Positions 1 through 8,763 of a stretch of DNA of 64,000 bases are shown one piece after another. Numbering within the stretch: position 1 is the stretch's first letter; every line of letters begins with the position of its first letter. Made by a program: the position numbers and the translations under genes. The stretch covers positions 32,001 to 96,000 of the forward strand of contig JAVJSW010000004.1 of assembly GCA_040219255.1 (NCBI GenBank), in the 5' to 3' direction. The stretch is from Sumerlaeia bacterium. GTDB lineage: Bacteria; Sumerlaeota; Sumerlaeia; SLMS01; JAHLLQ01. The notes under the pieces are model-generated. The model searched no databases and was not told where the DNA came from. It saw only the letters and a list, made by a program, of their open reading frames with translations.

Positions 1-371
1 ACGTCTTCGGCGCGCAGATCGAAGGTCTTGAACCCGGCCCGCTCCAGCGCCGCCATGTCCGAGGCGTACACCACCGCCCCAATCCCCGACCAGACAATGG
101 CCGCGGCGCACATGGGACAGGGCTCGCCGGTGGTGTAGAGCACCATCTCGTCGCGCGGCAGACCGGGCTTTTTCGCTTCCATGTCCTGAATCGCCACGAT
201 TTCGCCGTGCAGCGTGCAATCGCGGTAAGTCGCGTTGCAACCCTCGGCCACCAGCGTCTTCGTCGGCGCGTGGACAATCACGGCGCCAAAGGGCTGCCGA
301 GGGTTGTGGCTGGCTTTCGTGATGGCCAACGCCATGAAGTAATCGTGATCGAGGGCGTCGAGAAGGCTCAT
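1..371 (-). CDS. Nucleoside/nucleobase deaminase (cytidine deaminase superfamily), runs off the window edge
   Basis: Not in the ORF track. Manual translation from ATG at 371 gives MSLLDALDHDYFMALAI...PFGAVIV...LHGEIVAI...LYTTGEPCPMCAAAIVWSGI, with the HxE...PCxxC zinc motif. Confidence 0.9.
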   Translation of the reverse strand, partial: MSLLDALDHDYFMALAITKASHNPRQPFGAVIVHAPTKTLVAEGCNATYRDCTLHGEIVAIQDMEAKKPGLPRDEMVLYTTGEPCPMCAAAIVWSGIGAVVYASDMAALERAGFKTFDLRAED

Positions 372-438
372 GGGAGAATAGGTCCTTTAGGGAGGAAAAG
401 GTGTCCCCCACAGCGAAGCAAGGACGGCGCCGGGGTGG

Positions 439-1182
439 CTACTGATCCAGTTTCCAGTGCGGATCGTCGTAGAGGTCGCTGGCGTTCTTGCTGCGGCCCG
501 GGTGCCCCATGGAGAGCCGCTGGGATTTCTCTTTGGGAGAAAAGCGGCGCCGGCCCCGGCCCCCGCCCCCACCGCCGCCGAGGAAGCGCGGCGCCAGCAT
601 GAAGGCGAAACCGATCACGGCTCCGGCGAGATGGCCAATGTGGCTGACCTGGCCGGCAAGGCCCTGCGCGAAGGTCATCCAGACTTCCCAGGCGAGGAAC
701 AGAATCACCATCGTCTTGAGCTTCATGGGAATAATGGCATAGAGCAAGACCGTCGAGTCCGGCGCCACGAACAGCGCCACCACCAGAATGGCGAACACCG
801 CGCCCGAGAAGCCGACGAGGCCGACGCTGGGATAACCGGCGATCAGGTAAATCACCGTGTGGGCGATGCCGGCGGTCAGAATGGCCGAGAAGATGAGGGC
901 GAGGTACTTGCCCTTGCCAAGGTACCGCTCAACGATCGGTCCGAAGAAAAACAGCGCCAGGCCATTGGCCAGAATGTGTCCCAGGCTCCCATGCAGGAAG
1001 CCATACGTGACAAGCTGCCACACTTGACCCCGCACCACGTCGCCCGGTTCGAGCATTCCGATTTGGTTCACCAGCGGAAGCGATTGCAGCAGAAAAACCG
1101 CCACATTGGCGATCAGCAAGGTCAGAGTCACCGGCGGCATGCTGCCGCCCAGGGGTCCGATTCCGTATTGTCCGTGGCGCAT
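439..1182 (-). CDS. Rhomboid family intramembrane serine protease
   Basis: WQLVTYGFLH..LGHILAN, catalytic GFSG and HLAG motifs, about 6 TM segments. Confidence 0.93.
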   Translation of the reverse strand: MRHGQYGIGPLGGSMPPVTLTLLIANVAVFLLQSLPLVNQIGMLEPGDVVRGQVWQLVTYGFLHGSLGHILANGLALFFFGPIVERYLGKGKYLALIFSAILTAGIAHTVIYLIAGYPSVGLVGFSGAVFAILVVALFVAPDSTVLLYAIIPMKLKTMVILFLAWEVWMTFAQGLAGQVSHIGHLAGAVIGFAFMLAPRFLGGGGGGGRGRRRFSPKEKSQRLSMGHPGRSKNASDLYDDPHWKLDQ

Positions 1183-1240
1183 GGGCGCGTCCTTTGTCTC
1201 GCGGTTGGGGACGCCCGGCCCGGCAGGGGCGGGGGCGCCT

Positions 1241-2752
1241 CTAGAGGTCTTCGATCAAATCAATTTTCGCGCCCATGGCGCCGAGGGTCTCGAACCATCC
1301 GGGGAAAGACTTCGCCACATGGTGAGCGCCGGTGACGGTCAGGCCAAGACGGCAGCGCAGCGCCACCACGCTGAGCATCATGATGACCCGGTGGTCGCCG
1401 CGGCCATCGACTTCGATACCGCCCTCGAATCCCTCGGGCCGGCCCATCATCTGGATGACGTCGGGGTTGTCGTTTGGCTCCCATTCGGCGACGGAGGCGG
1501 CGCTCTCCCAGTCCCAGCCAGCCGGTGGGATACCGCTCGGCGGGCCTGTGGAGTCGATTTTCCGCAGCTCGGCGATGGGTTCGCGGACCCGGTCGCATTC
1601 CTTGAATTGCAGGTTCCCGATGCCGAGGAACCTGCTGACGCCTTCGGCGCAGGCCCCCGCCGACATCATCGCCAGCACGGCGTCGGTGCACAGGTCGCCA
1701 TTGATCCGGGCGCTCTGGATGTGGCCCTCGGGCGCGCGAAGCCGCAGCGCCAGGCCGCTCTCGCCCTCGACCGGTTCGTAGGCCACATGGCAACCCATGG
1801 CGCGGTAGAATTCGATGCAGCGGCGCTCGCCCTGTTCGTCGTCTTTCAGGCGGCGGATGGCGATGTCGCTGCCGGGGACGACGGCGGCGGCGGCCAGGAT
1901 GGCGGCGCTGCCGGGCCAATCGCCGTTCACGTCCCAGCGCCGGGCCGCGTAGGCGCTGCGGCTGCGGCGGATTTGGTGGATCAGCCGGTCGGCGTCGCTT
2001 TCCACTTCGATGCCCGCGTCGCGCATCACCGACCGCGTGGTTTCGATCAGGGGCACGCTGCGCAGGCTGCCGGTGACGCTGATGCGGACGGTTTCATCCA
2101 GGTTCGGCGCCATGAACAGCAGCGCCGAAAGGAATTGGCTGCTGACGGCGCCGGACACGGTGACGGGAAAGGGCTCGAACTCGTCGAGGCCGAGCTCTTT
2201 GCGGCGGGCGGCGATGTGGGCTTTGATGCGGGGGCGGCCTCCGCGGATGGCCAGCGGCAGAGCGCCTTCCTCGCCGCGGGACTCGGTCTCGACGCCGAGC
2301 TGCTCCAGCGCGTCGAGCAGGTCGCGGTTGGGGCGCTTGCCCAGGGATTCCTTGTGGTGGGCCGTGTCGAAGCGGACTTCGCCCTCGCAGAGCGCCGCCA
2401 CGCCGATCAGCATGCGGAGCACGGCCCCCGCGTTGTCCGGGTCCACGACCCCGGCGGGCGTTTTCGGCGCCGCGCCAAAGCCGATGATCTCGAGCCGATC
2501 CACCACGCCCGCGTTCGCCACGGTGAAGTCCACGGCCCGGCCCTGGCGGTCGAGCGCCGTGATCGCCGCGCCGAACTGCTTCAGGCACCGCACCAGCGCC
2601 GTGCTGTCGTCCTGCACGGCGGGCCGATGGACGACGCTGGCGCCGGGGGCGTAGGCGCTGGCGATGACGTAGCGCAGGGTGTAATTCTTGGACGAGGGCG
2701 GTTCGATGACGCCGCTCAAGGGCTTGGTGGCGGGATGGACGTGGGCTTTCAT
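1241..2752 (-). CDS. aroA: 3-phosphoshikimate 1-carboxyvinyltransferase (EPSP synthase)
   Basis: PPSSKNY, DNAGAVLR, SLGKRP, VSSQFLSALL, KECDR and GDHRVIM motifs. Confidence 0.93.
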   Translation of the reverse strand: MKAHVHPATKPLSGVIEPPSSKNYTLRYVIASAYAPGASVVHRPAVQDDSTALVRCLKQFGAAITALDRQGRAVDFTVANAGVVDRLEIIGFGAAPKTPAGVVDPDNAGAVLRMLIGVAALCEGEVRFDTAHHKESLGKRPNRDLLDALEQLGVETESRGEEGALPLAIRGGRPRIKAHIAARRKELGLDEFEPFPVTVSGAVSSQFLSALLFMAPNLDETVRISVTGSLRSVPLIETTRSVMRDAGIEVESDADRLIHQIRRSRSAYAARRWDVNGDWPGSAAILAAAAVVPGSDIAIRRLKDDEQGERRCIEFYRAMGCHVAYEPVEGESGLALRLRAPEGHIQSARINGDLCTDAVLAMMSAGACAEGVSRFLGIGNLQFKECDRVREPIAELRKIDSTGPPSGIPPAGWDWESAASVAEWEPNDNPDVIQMMGRPEGFEGGIEVDGRGDHRVIMMLSVVALRCRLGLTVTGAHHVAKSFPGWFETLGAMGAKIDLIEDL

Positions 2753-2892
2753 GGCGGTCGGGTGCGGGCGCTTTCCGGCGGAGGGACTCGATCAGGGGCG
2801 GTTTTGTAAGGCCGGGCGGGGCCGGAGCGATAGCGATTTTTCGCGGGCGGGGCGGATGAGAGCGAGCGGGGGCGGGGAGAATAAGAAAACCG

Positions 2893-2910
2893 GCCACGGA
2901 TGAACACGGA
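2893..2910. repeat. Half-site of an intergenic CCAC[AG]GA..ACAC[AG]GA repeat family
   Basis: gccacggatgaacacgga is 16/18 identical to the reverse complement of 28737-28754. Confidence 0.55.
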
Positions 2911-3133
2911 CGGAGGGGATGATTTGGGATTCGATCCGACACCTGGAGCGCCTCCTGGTATCAAACTCCACCAGGCTCACTTTCGGCCGCCTCGAAATCC
3001 CTGCAGGACCGGCGTTCGGTCAAAAGGCTTTCCCCGCAAGGATTTCACCCCGCGCTTGGCAAAGTGCTCTTGCCCGCTCAGTTCAGCCTGAAACTATTGA
3101 CCCGCATCCTCTCGCCTGCGGCCTTCTCCCCCC

Positions 3134-4741
3134 ATGCCCTCCGACTTCCAGCACCCCACCCGCGAACGCGCCGAGATTCTGCAGGCTCGCATCGAACGCC
3201 TCGAGTCCTGGCGCGCGCGCGGCGTTCGCCAATTGCCAGTGGTGGCCCTGCTGCACGCGCAGGACGGGGAAATCCTGATCGTCAGCGAGGTCTTCGAAAA
3301 GGCGCTGGGTCTGACGATGGCTGAGCTGCCCACCTATGGCGATTGGGTGGCGAGGTGTTTCCCGCGCGAGCGCCTGCCTTCGCCCCAGGAGGTACGCTCG
3401 CTCTTCCGGCTCGAGGAGCGGTGGGACGATGGGACGGTGACGCTGCGGCCCGAGAAGGGCACGGCTCGGCTTTGGACGCTGGCGCATCAGCCGTTCGGCC
3501 GCACGGCGGACGGGCGCAGCCTGGTGCTGACCACGGCGCTGGCGGCGGACGACCCGCTGGAGGACACGTCGCGCCGTCTCCACAGCGAACGGCTGGAGAG
3601 CCTGGGCCTGATGGCCGGCGGCATCGCCCACGATTTCAACAACATGCTGGTGGGCATTCTGGGCGCCGCCGGGATGGCGCTGCTGGAATTGCCGCCGGGC
3701 GATCCGGCGCGGGGCACCCTCCAGCGCATCGAAACCACCGCCAGACGCGCCGCCGAGCTGACCAAGCAGCTCCTTGCCTACAGCGGCAAAGGCAAGTTCG
3801 TCGTCGAGGACATCGATCTCTCCAGCCTGGTGCGCGACATGGAAGCGCTGCTGGAGCTGTCTCGTTCGAAGAAGGCGGAGTACACCGAGGAGTTGGCGGC
3901 GAAGCTGCCGGCGGTGCGGGTGGATTCCTCCCAGGTGCGCCAGATCGTCCTGAACCTGGTGGTGAACGCGTCCGACGCCCTGGCCGACGGCGCGGGCCGC
4001 ATCGCGGTGCGGACCGGGGTTTGGGAGGCGGACGAAACGGCGATTCTGCGCGCCGCCCTGCCGCCCGAGGACGCGCGCCCCGGATGGTACGCCTTCGTCG
4101 AGGTGAAGGACTCGGGGGCGGGGATGACGCCGGAAACGATGGAACGGATGTTCGACCCGTTCTTCACCACCAAGCCTCAAAAGGGCCACGGCCTCGGGCT
4201 CAGCGCCGTGCTCGGCGTCGTGCGCTCGCACCAGGGCCTGATCCACGTCCACAGCGCCCCCGCCCGCGGCACCACCATCCGCGTGTCCTTTCCCGCGCTC
4301 TCGACCCCCGCCGTGGTGGCCGACCCCGAATCGGGGGTCGAAACCATCGAGCGCATGCCGGTACTCGGACAGAAAAGGAAGGGGATGGCGCTCCTCGTCG
4401 AGGACGAGGAAGTGGTCCGCGATGTCACCCGCGACATGCTCACCTTCTTCGGCTACGATGTGGTCGAGGCGGCCGATGGGCGCGAGGGTGTCGACCTTTT
4501 CGTCGAGCATATGGGTTCGGTGAACCTGGTGCTGCTGGACTTATCCATGCCCCGCATGGACGGCGGAGAGGCCTTCCTGGAAATGCGGCGCCTCGACGCC
4601 TCCGTCCCCATCATTCTGATGAGCGGCTACAACGAAACGAAAGCGGGCGAGTTCTTCAAGACGCGGGGCTTGGCGGGGTTCCTGTACAAGCCCTTCATGC
4701 CGACGGACCTGAAAGATCTCCTTGATCAGATTCGGAGATAA
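3134..4741 (+). CDS. Hybrid sensor histidine kinase / response regulator (HisKA-HATPase-REC)
   Basis: AGGIAHDFNN H-box, NLVVNASDA N-box, DSGAGM and FFTTK..GHGLGL G-boxes, C-terminal receiver (LLVEDE, LLDLSMP, KPF). Confidence 0.95.
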   Translation: MPSDFQHPTRERAEILQARIERLESWRARGVRQLPVVALLHAQDGEILIVSEVFEKALGLTMAELPTYGDWVARCFPRERLPSPQEVRSLFRLEERWDDGTVTLRPEKGTARLWTLAHQPFGRTADGRSLVLTTALAADDPLEDTSRRLHSERLESLGLMAGGIAHDFNNMLVGILGAAGMALLELPPGDPARGTLQRIETTARRAAELTKQLLAYSGKGKFVVEDIDLSSLVRDMEALLELSRSKKAEYTEELAAKLPAVRVDSSQVRQIVLNLVVNASDALADGAGRIAVRTGVWEADETAILRAALPPEDARPGWYAFVEVKDSGAGMTPETMERMFDPFFTTKPQKGHGLGLSAVLGVVRSHQGLIHVHSAPARGTTIRVSFPALSTPAVVADPESGVETIERMPVLGQKRKGMALLVEDEEVVRDVTRDMLTFFGYDVVEAADGREGVDLFVEHMGSVNLVLLDLSMPRMDGGEAFLEMRRLDASVPIILMSGYNETKAGEFFKTRGLAGFLYKPFMPTDLKDLLDQIRR

Positions 4742-4867
4742 GCCGGACAGCATTTCCGGCTCGCCTCTGTCATTGGCGGTCCGCCGCCCTCCGCCGCGTT
4801 GACAGCTTCTTCCCCGCTCCCTTCCATGGTTCAACGACTTCAACGGATGGAAGGCCTCGATCGAACC

Positions 4868-5725
4868 ATGGAAGACGAAGTGACTACACTGACCCTGCAA
4901 ACCGCCTATCCGGTGGCCCGCGCGTGGATCGTGGCCAACGGCGCGACCTTTCTTGCGAATATGCTGTCCGCGCTGGCGATTTTGCTCATCGGGGCCATCC
5001 TCATCAGGACGCTTCTTGGGGTGATGCGCCGCGCGGCGGACAAGAGCGACCGCTTCAGTCCGATGCTGGAGAACTTCACCATCAGCATCGCCGGCAAGGG
5101 GCTCTGGGTGCTGCTGTGGATTCTGGTGCTGGGTCAGGCCGGGGTCCACGTCGCGCCGCTGGTGGCCAGCGTGGGCGTTCTGGGCTTCGTGATCGGGTTC
5201 GCGTTCCAGGAATCGCTGGGGAACCTCGCCGCCGGATTCATGATCCTGCTCAACAATCCGTTCCAGAACGGTCACGTCGTCGATGCCGCCGGCTACACCG
5301 GCATCGTTGTCGACATCGACCTTTCCGCGACCACTCTGAAGACCTTCGATGGCCGCCGGGTGGTCATTCCCAACGGCAAGGTCTGGGGCGCTCCGATCGT
5401 GAACTATACCGTCAACGGCTCGCGCCGCGCGGAATTCAGTGTGGGCGTCTCCTATAGCGCCGACATCGCCAAGGCCATCGCCGTGCTGAAGGAAATGGTC
5501 GAAAACGACGAGCGCGTCATGAAGGATCCCGCGCCCCAGGTCGTCGTGACCGGGCTGGCCGATTCGTCGGTGAACCTGGCGATCCGCGTCTGGACCGTGA
5601 ACGACAATTTCGGCCCCATCATGTCCGAGACGCTGCAGGCCATCAAAGCCCGGCTGGACGCGGAAGGCATCGAAATCCCCTATCCCCAGTTGGTCGTCAA
5701 CAAAGGCGATTGGGACGCGGCTTAG
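4868..5725 (+). CDS. mscS: Small-conductance mechanosensitive channel (MscS family)
   Basis: Three TMs, GFAFQESLGNLAAG, VVIPNGKVWGAPIVNY, VGVSYSAD and GIEIPYPQ. Start chosen at MEDEV. Confidence 0.9.
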   Translation: MEDEVTTLTLQTAYPVARAWIVANGATFLANMLSALAILLIGAILIRTLLGVMRRAADKSDRFSPMLENFTISIAGKGLWVLLWILVLGQAGVHVAPLVASVGVLGFVIGFAFQESLGNLAAGFMILLNNPFQNGHVVDAAGYTGIVVDIDLSATTLKTFDGRRVVIPNGKVWGAPIVNYTVNGSRRAEFSVGVSYSADIAKAIAVLKEMVENDERVMKDPAPQVVVTGLADSSVNLAIRVWTVNDNFGPIMSETLQAIKARLDAEGIEIPYPQLVVNKGDWDAA

Positions 5726-6321
5726 CCGGTCTCCCTCGGGCCCAGCAAACGCCGCAGCGCCAGACTAGCCTGATGGCGATGGGCGGTGTAGCGCGGGGAT
5801 TCCTGCTGGTAATTGACCGCGGCCGGATCGGCGCCGTGACGCAAGAGCAGGCGCGCCAGGGCGAGGTCGTCCCGCAGCGCGGCGTGGTGCAGGGGCCGAT
5901 TGCCCAGGTGCTGATCCGCGGCGTTGGGATCGGCGCCGGCATTCAGCAGCATTTCCACGATGTCGAAGCAGCCGGCCTGATCGGTGGCGCGCTGGGACGC
6001 CCAGAGCAGTGGGGCGCTCATGGAGCGGGTGGCTTGCAGGGGCGCCCCCCGGCGGATCAGACACGCGGCGGTGTCGCGGTGCTGGGCCTGAATGGCGAAG
6101 TGCAAGGCGGTGAGGCCGTGGCTGGTCAGAGCGGCGGGATCGGCGCCATGGTCGAGCAGGTACTCGACCACCAGCAAATGCCCGCGGGCGGCGGCTTTCA
6201 TCAGCGCCGTCAGGTTCTGGCGCGAACGGAATTCCAGGGCGGCGCCCGAGGCCAAGGCCGCGCGCAACCCGCCGATATCACCGGAATCGGCGGCGGAAAG
6301 GAAAGCGAGGTTCGGGGACAT
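5722..6321 (-). CDS. Ankyrin repeat protein
   Basis: Repeated TALMKAA..GH, TALHFA, PLHHAA and LL.HGADP units. Start may instead be 6351. Confidence 0.9.
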   Translation of the reverse strand: MSPNLAFLSAADSGDIGGLRAALASGAALEFRSRQNLTALMKAAARGHLLVVEYLLDHGADPAALTSHGLTALHFAIQAQHRDTAACLIRRGAPLQATRSMSAPLLWASQRATDQAGCFDIVEMLLNAGADPNAADQHLGNRPLHHAALRDDLALARLLLRHGADPAAVNYQQESPRYTAHRHQASLALRRLLGPRETG

Positions 6322-6951
6322 CGGCGGCGCACCCCCGGGCGAAGAAGGCAACGGTCGTCAGCGGAAGGGAGCGAGGTGTCGCGCGGGCTCCGGGACAAGG
6401 GCATAGCGGAAGGCGTGGGAGCTTGGAAAGAGGGAAGTGAAGGTCCTGCGGAGAAGGGGCGAAATTGGATGCAATGAGTTCCCTGCAATTCCCTCGCCGA
6501 AATCGATTGAGAGCCAGCTTCAGCAAAGGTTTACAACGCTGGTTGTGATTCAAAAAGAGTTGTGATTCGAGCCGGGCGGGCCGGGATTTCGGGGGGTTCT
6601 TTCGCCTTCGGGCCGCTGTCCACAACAAAGGTTGTTCGCCCGGCGCGGGGGTGGTTGGCGGGCCTCTGCCACCGAAATCCCAGAGCTGGCGCCATTTTCC
6701 TGCGATTTCCCAGTCTGGCTCCGCTCTTGCAGTTCCCGGGGAATATCGCGAGCCCCGCATCCCACCCTTCGCGCCGGGCTTGCGATCCTCCGAGAGACCC
6801 GATGGGTGCCGCCGCTTTCCCACCCGGCCGCACCCGTTCTCTCGCAGGAAAAAGAAGGTTTCCCACCATTGGGGGAAAGTCGGCTCCCACCCCGGTTTCC
6901 CCCTCCTTCTCACTCCAAACTGTTAGTTTTTCGATAGAAAGCCATCGTCTC

Positions 6952-8187
6952 ATGACTCCTCGCTCGCTCTCTTCACTCTCGTTCAAGCTCCTCCTGTGCG
7001 CCCTCGTCTGCGCCCTCGTCGTCCCCGCCACGGCGGGCTACAACGCCTGGACGTCGGTCAACGTCTCGCCCGGCGTGGTCTGGAAAAACAAGGTTTACCC
7101 GTCGCTCTTCGGCGGCAAGCAAACCGTCAATGTCCTGGAAGTGGACCTCACCAACAGCGCGGTAAAGGTCCAGCCGCTCAAGGCCAGCTCGGGCTGCTCG
7201 ACCACCAGCGGCATCGCCCAGGGCTTCGGCGCCGTGGCCGCCATCAACGGCGGATTTTTCGGCAGTTGCTCGTCGGTTTCGATGATCAAGATAAACGGCA
7301 CGGTGCTCGACACGAACCCCGGCTGGAAGCCCGCCCGCGCCACGCTCGGCATCAACCAGGGCACGGACACGGCCGACATCGACTGGATCGCCTCCACCAA
7401 CTCCTGGTCCGCCGTCAACGATGCCTTGGGCGGTGGCCCGAACCTGGTCACGAACGGGTCGGTGAATGTGACGCAATCGCAGGAAGGCTTCGACTCCTCC
7501 TATGCGAACCGGAACCCCCGCACGGCGGTGGGTTTCAACAACGGCGGCAAGAAGCTCTTCCTGGTCACGATCGACGGCCGCACCAGCGCCGGCGCCGGCA
7601 TGACGCTCAGCGAACTCGCCACCTACATGACCTGGCTGGGCTGCACGGACGCCATGAACCTGGACGGCGGCGGCTCGACGACGATGTGGACTTCGGGCAA
7701 CGGCGTCGTGAACACGCCGAGCGACGGCTACCAGCGCAGTGTGGTCAGCGTCCTGGGCATCTTCAACACCGGCGGCGGCAGCAGCGAAGAGGTCATCGTG
7801 GACAACGGCACCTCGGGCTTCACGGCGTCGTCGAACTGGTGGGCGTCCAGCTCCACCTCCGGCTACTACGGCTCCAACTATCAGGTCCGCGCCACCGCCA
7901 GCACCAGCGACGCCGCCACCTGGAAAGCCAACCTGAGCGGCGGCACCTACAAGGTGTACGCGCGCTGGGCCTCCGGCAGCAACCGCGCCTCCTCCGCTCC
8001 CTATGTCGTCTATCACACGGGCGGCTCCTCCACCGTTTACAAGAACCAGCAAACGCAAGGCGGCCAGTGGGTGCTCCTGGGCACGTACAACATGGCGGCG
8101 GGCAACTCGACCCGCGTGGCGCTCTCCTGCTGGACCAGCTCCGGAACCTACGTGATCGCCGATGCGGTCCGCCTGGTGAAGCAGTAA
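6952..8187 (+). CDS. Secreted phosphodiester glycosidase (NAGPA/DUF2233) with C-terminal golvesin/Xly-like CBM domain
   Basis: Signal peptide; AAINGGFF, RNPRTAVG, DGR and AMNLDGGGSTT; C-terminal VIVDN...GYYGSNY...YKVYARW...GGQWVLLGTY...VIADAVRLVK. Confidence 0.88.
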   Translation: MTPRSLSSLSFKLLLCALVCALVVPATAGYNAWTSVNVSPGVVWKNKVYPSLFGGKQTVNVLEVDLTNSAVKVQPLKASSGCSTTSGIAQGFGAVAAINGGFFGSCSSVSMIKINGTVLDTNPGWKPARATLGINQGTDTADIDWIASTNSWSAVNDALGGGPNLVTNGSVNVTQSQEGFDSSYANRNPRTAVGFNNGGKKLFLVTIDGRTSAGAGMTLSELATYMTWLGCTDAMNLDGGGSTTMWTSGNGVVNTPSDGYQRSVVSVLGIFNTGGGSSEEVIVDNGTSGFTASSNWWASSSTSGYYGSNYQVRATASTSDAATWKANLSGGTYKVYARWASGSNRASSAPYVVYHTGGSSTVYKNQQTQGGQWVLLGTYNMAAGNSTRVALSCWTSSGTYVIADAVRLVKQ

Positions 8188-8226
8188 TCCCGACACCTCT
8201 TCCACTCTGACTGAGCACAAGGGCGG

Positions 8227-8259
8227 ACCCCACCCTCGCCACGGCGAGGGTGGGGTTTT
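8227..8259 (+). terminator. Intrinsic terminator
   Basis: accccaccctcgcc-ac-ggcgagggtggggt followed by ttt, about 40 bp after the stop. Confidence 0.7.
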
Positions 8260-8385
8260 CCCTGTTGGGGCGAGCGATGGCCAGTGGAGGGGACGGGTTT
8301 CTCCCTTGCGCGGCGAATGGAACCTTGCATTTTTCCCCGCCGCCCCCCATGCTGGGCGACACATGACCTGGCGAAAGGATTGCCC

Positions 8386-8673
8386 GTGGAATCGCCCTTC
8401 AACCACCCGCAACAAGTCAAAGAGAACCTGGACCTGCCGACCGTGGTGAAGTACAGCTTTGTCGGTCTCTCCTCACCCACCTACCACGCCCGGCTCGAAG
8501 GCATCCTGACCCGTATCGCCGGAGAGGACAACATCCGCGGCCGCAGCTACAAGCAGTCCTCCAAGGGCAACTACACCGCCTATCGCTTCGAGGTCTTCCA
8601 CGACACCTTCGAGGACGTGGAGGCCATCTATCGCGAGGTGGGGGCCCTGCCCGGGACGCGATTTGTGGTCTAG
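8386..8673 (+). CDS. DUF493 / YbeD-like ACT-fold protein
   Basis: About 95 aa with P...YSFVG, SSKGNYTA and ALPGTRFVV; GTG start preceded by aagga. Confidence 0.75.
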   Translation: MESPFNHPQQVKENLDLPTVVKYSFVGLSSPTYHARLEGILTRIAGEDNIRGRSYKQSSKGNYTAYRFEVFHDTFEDVEAIYREVGALPGTRFVV

Positions 8674-8707
8674 CCAAGCCGAAGGCGACGCCCTGTCCTG
8701 AACGCAA

Positions 8708-8737
8708 AGAAGCCGCGGGATCGCTCCCGCGGCTTCT
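8708..8737. terminator. Hairpin between convergent genes, probable bidirectional terminator
   Basis: agaagccgcggga-tcgc-tcccgcggcttct forms a 13-bp perfect stem. Confidence 0.7.
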
Positions 8738-8763
8738 CGCTTTCCTGTCAGGGTCTTGGCTTG

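Noticed and set aside
6562-6951. N-terminal 130-aa extension of the NAGPA ORF, and similar extensions on hemL, recO and the YiiD-like ORF
   Set aside because: Artefacts of longest-ORF calling; signal peptides or family N-termini start downstream.
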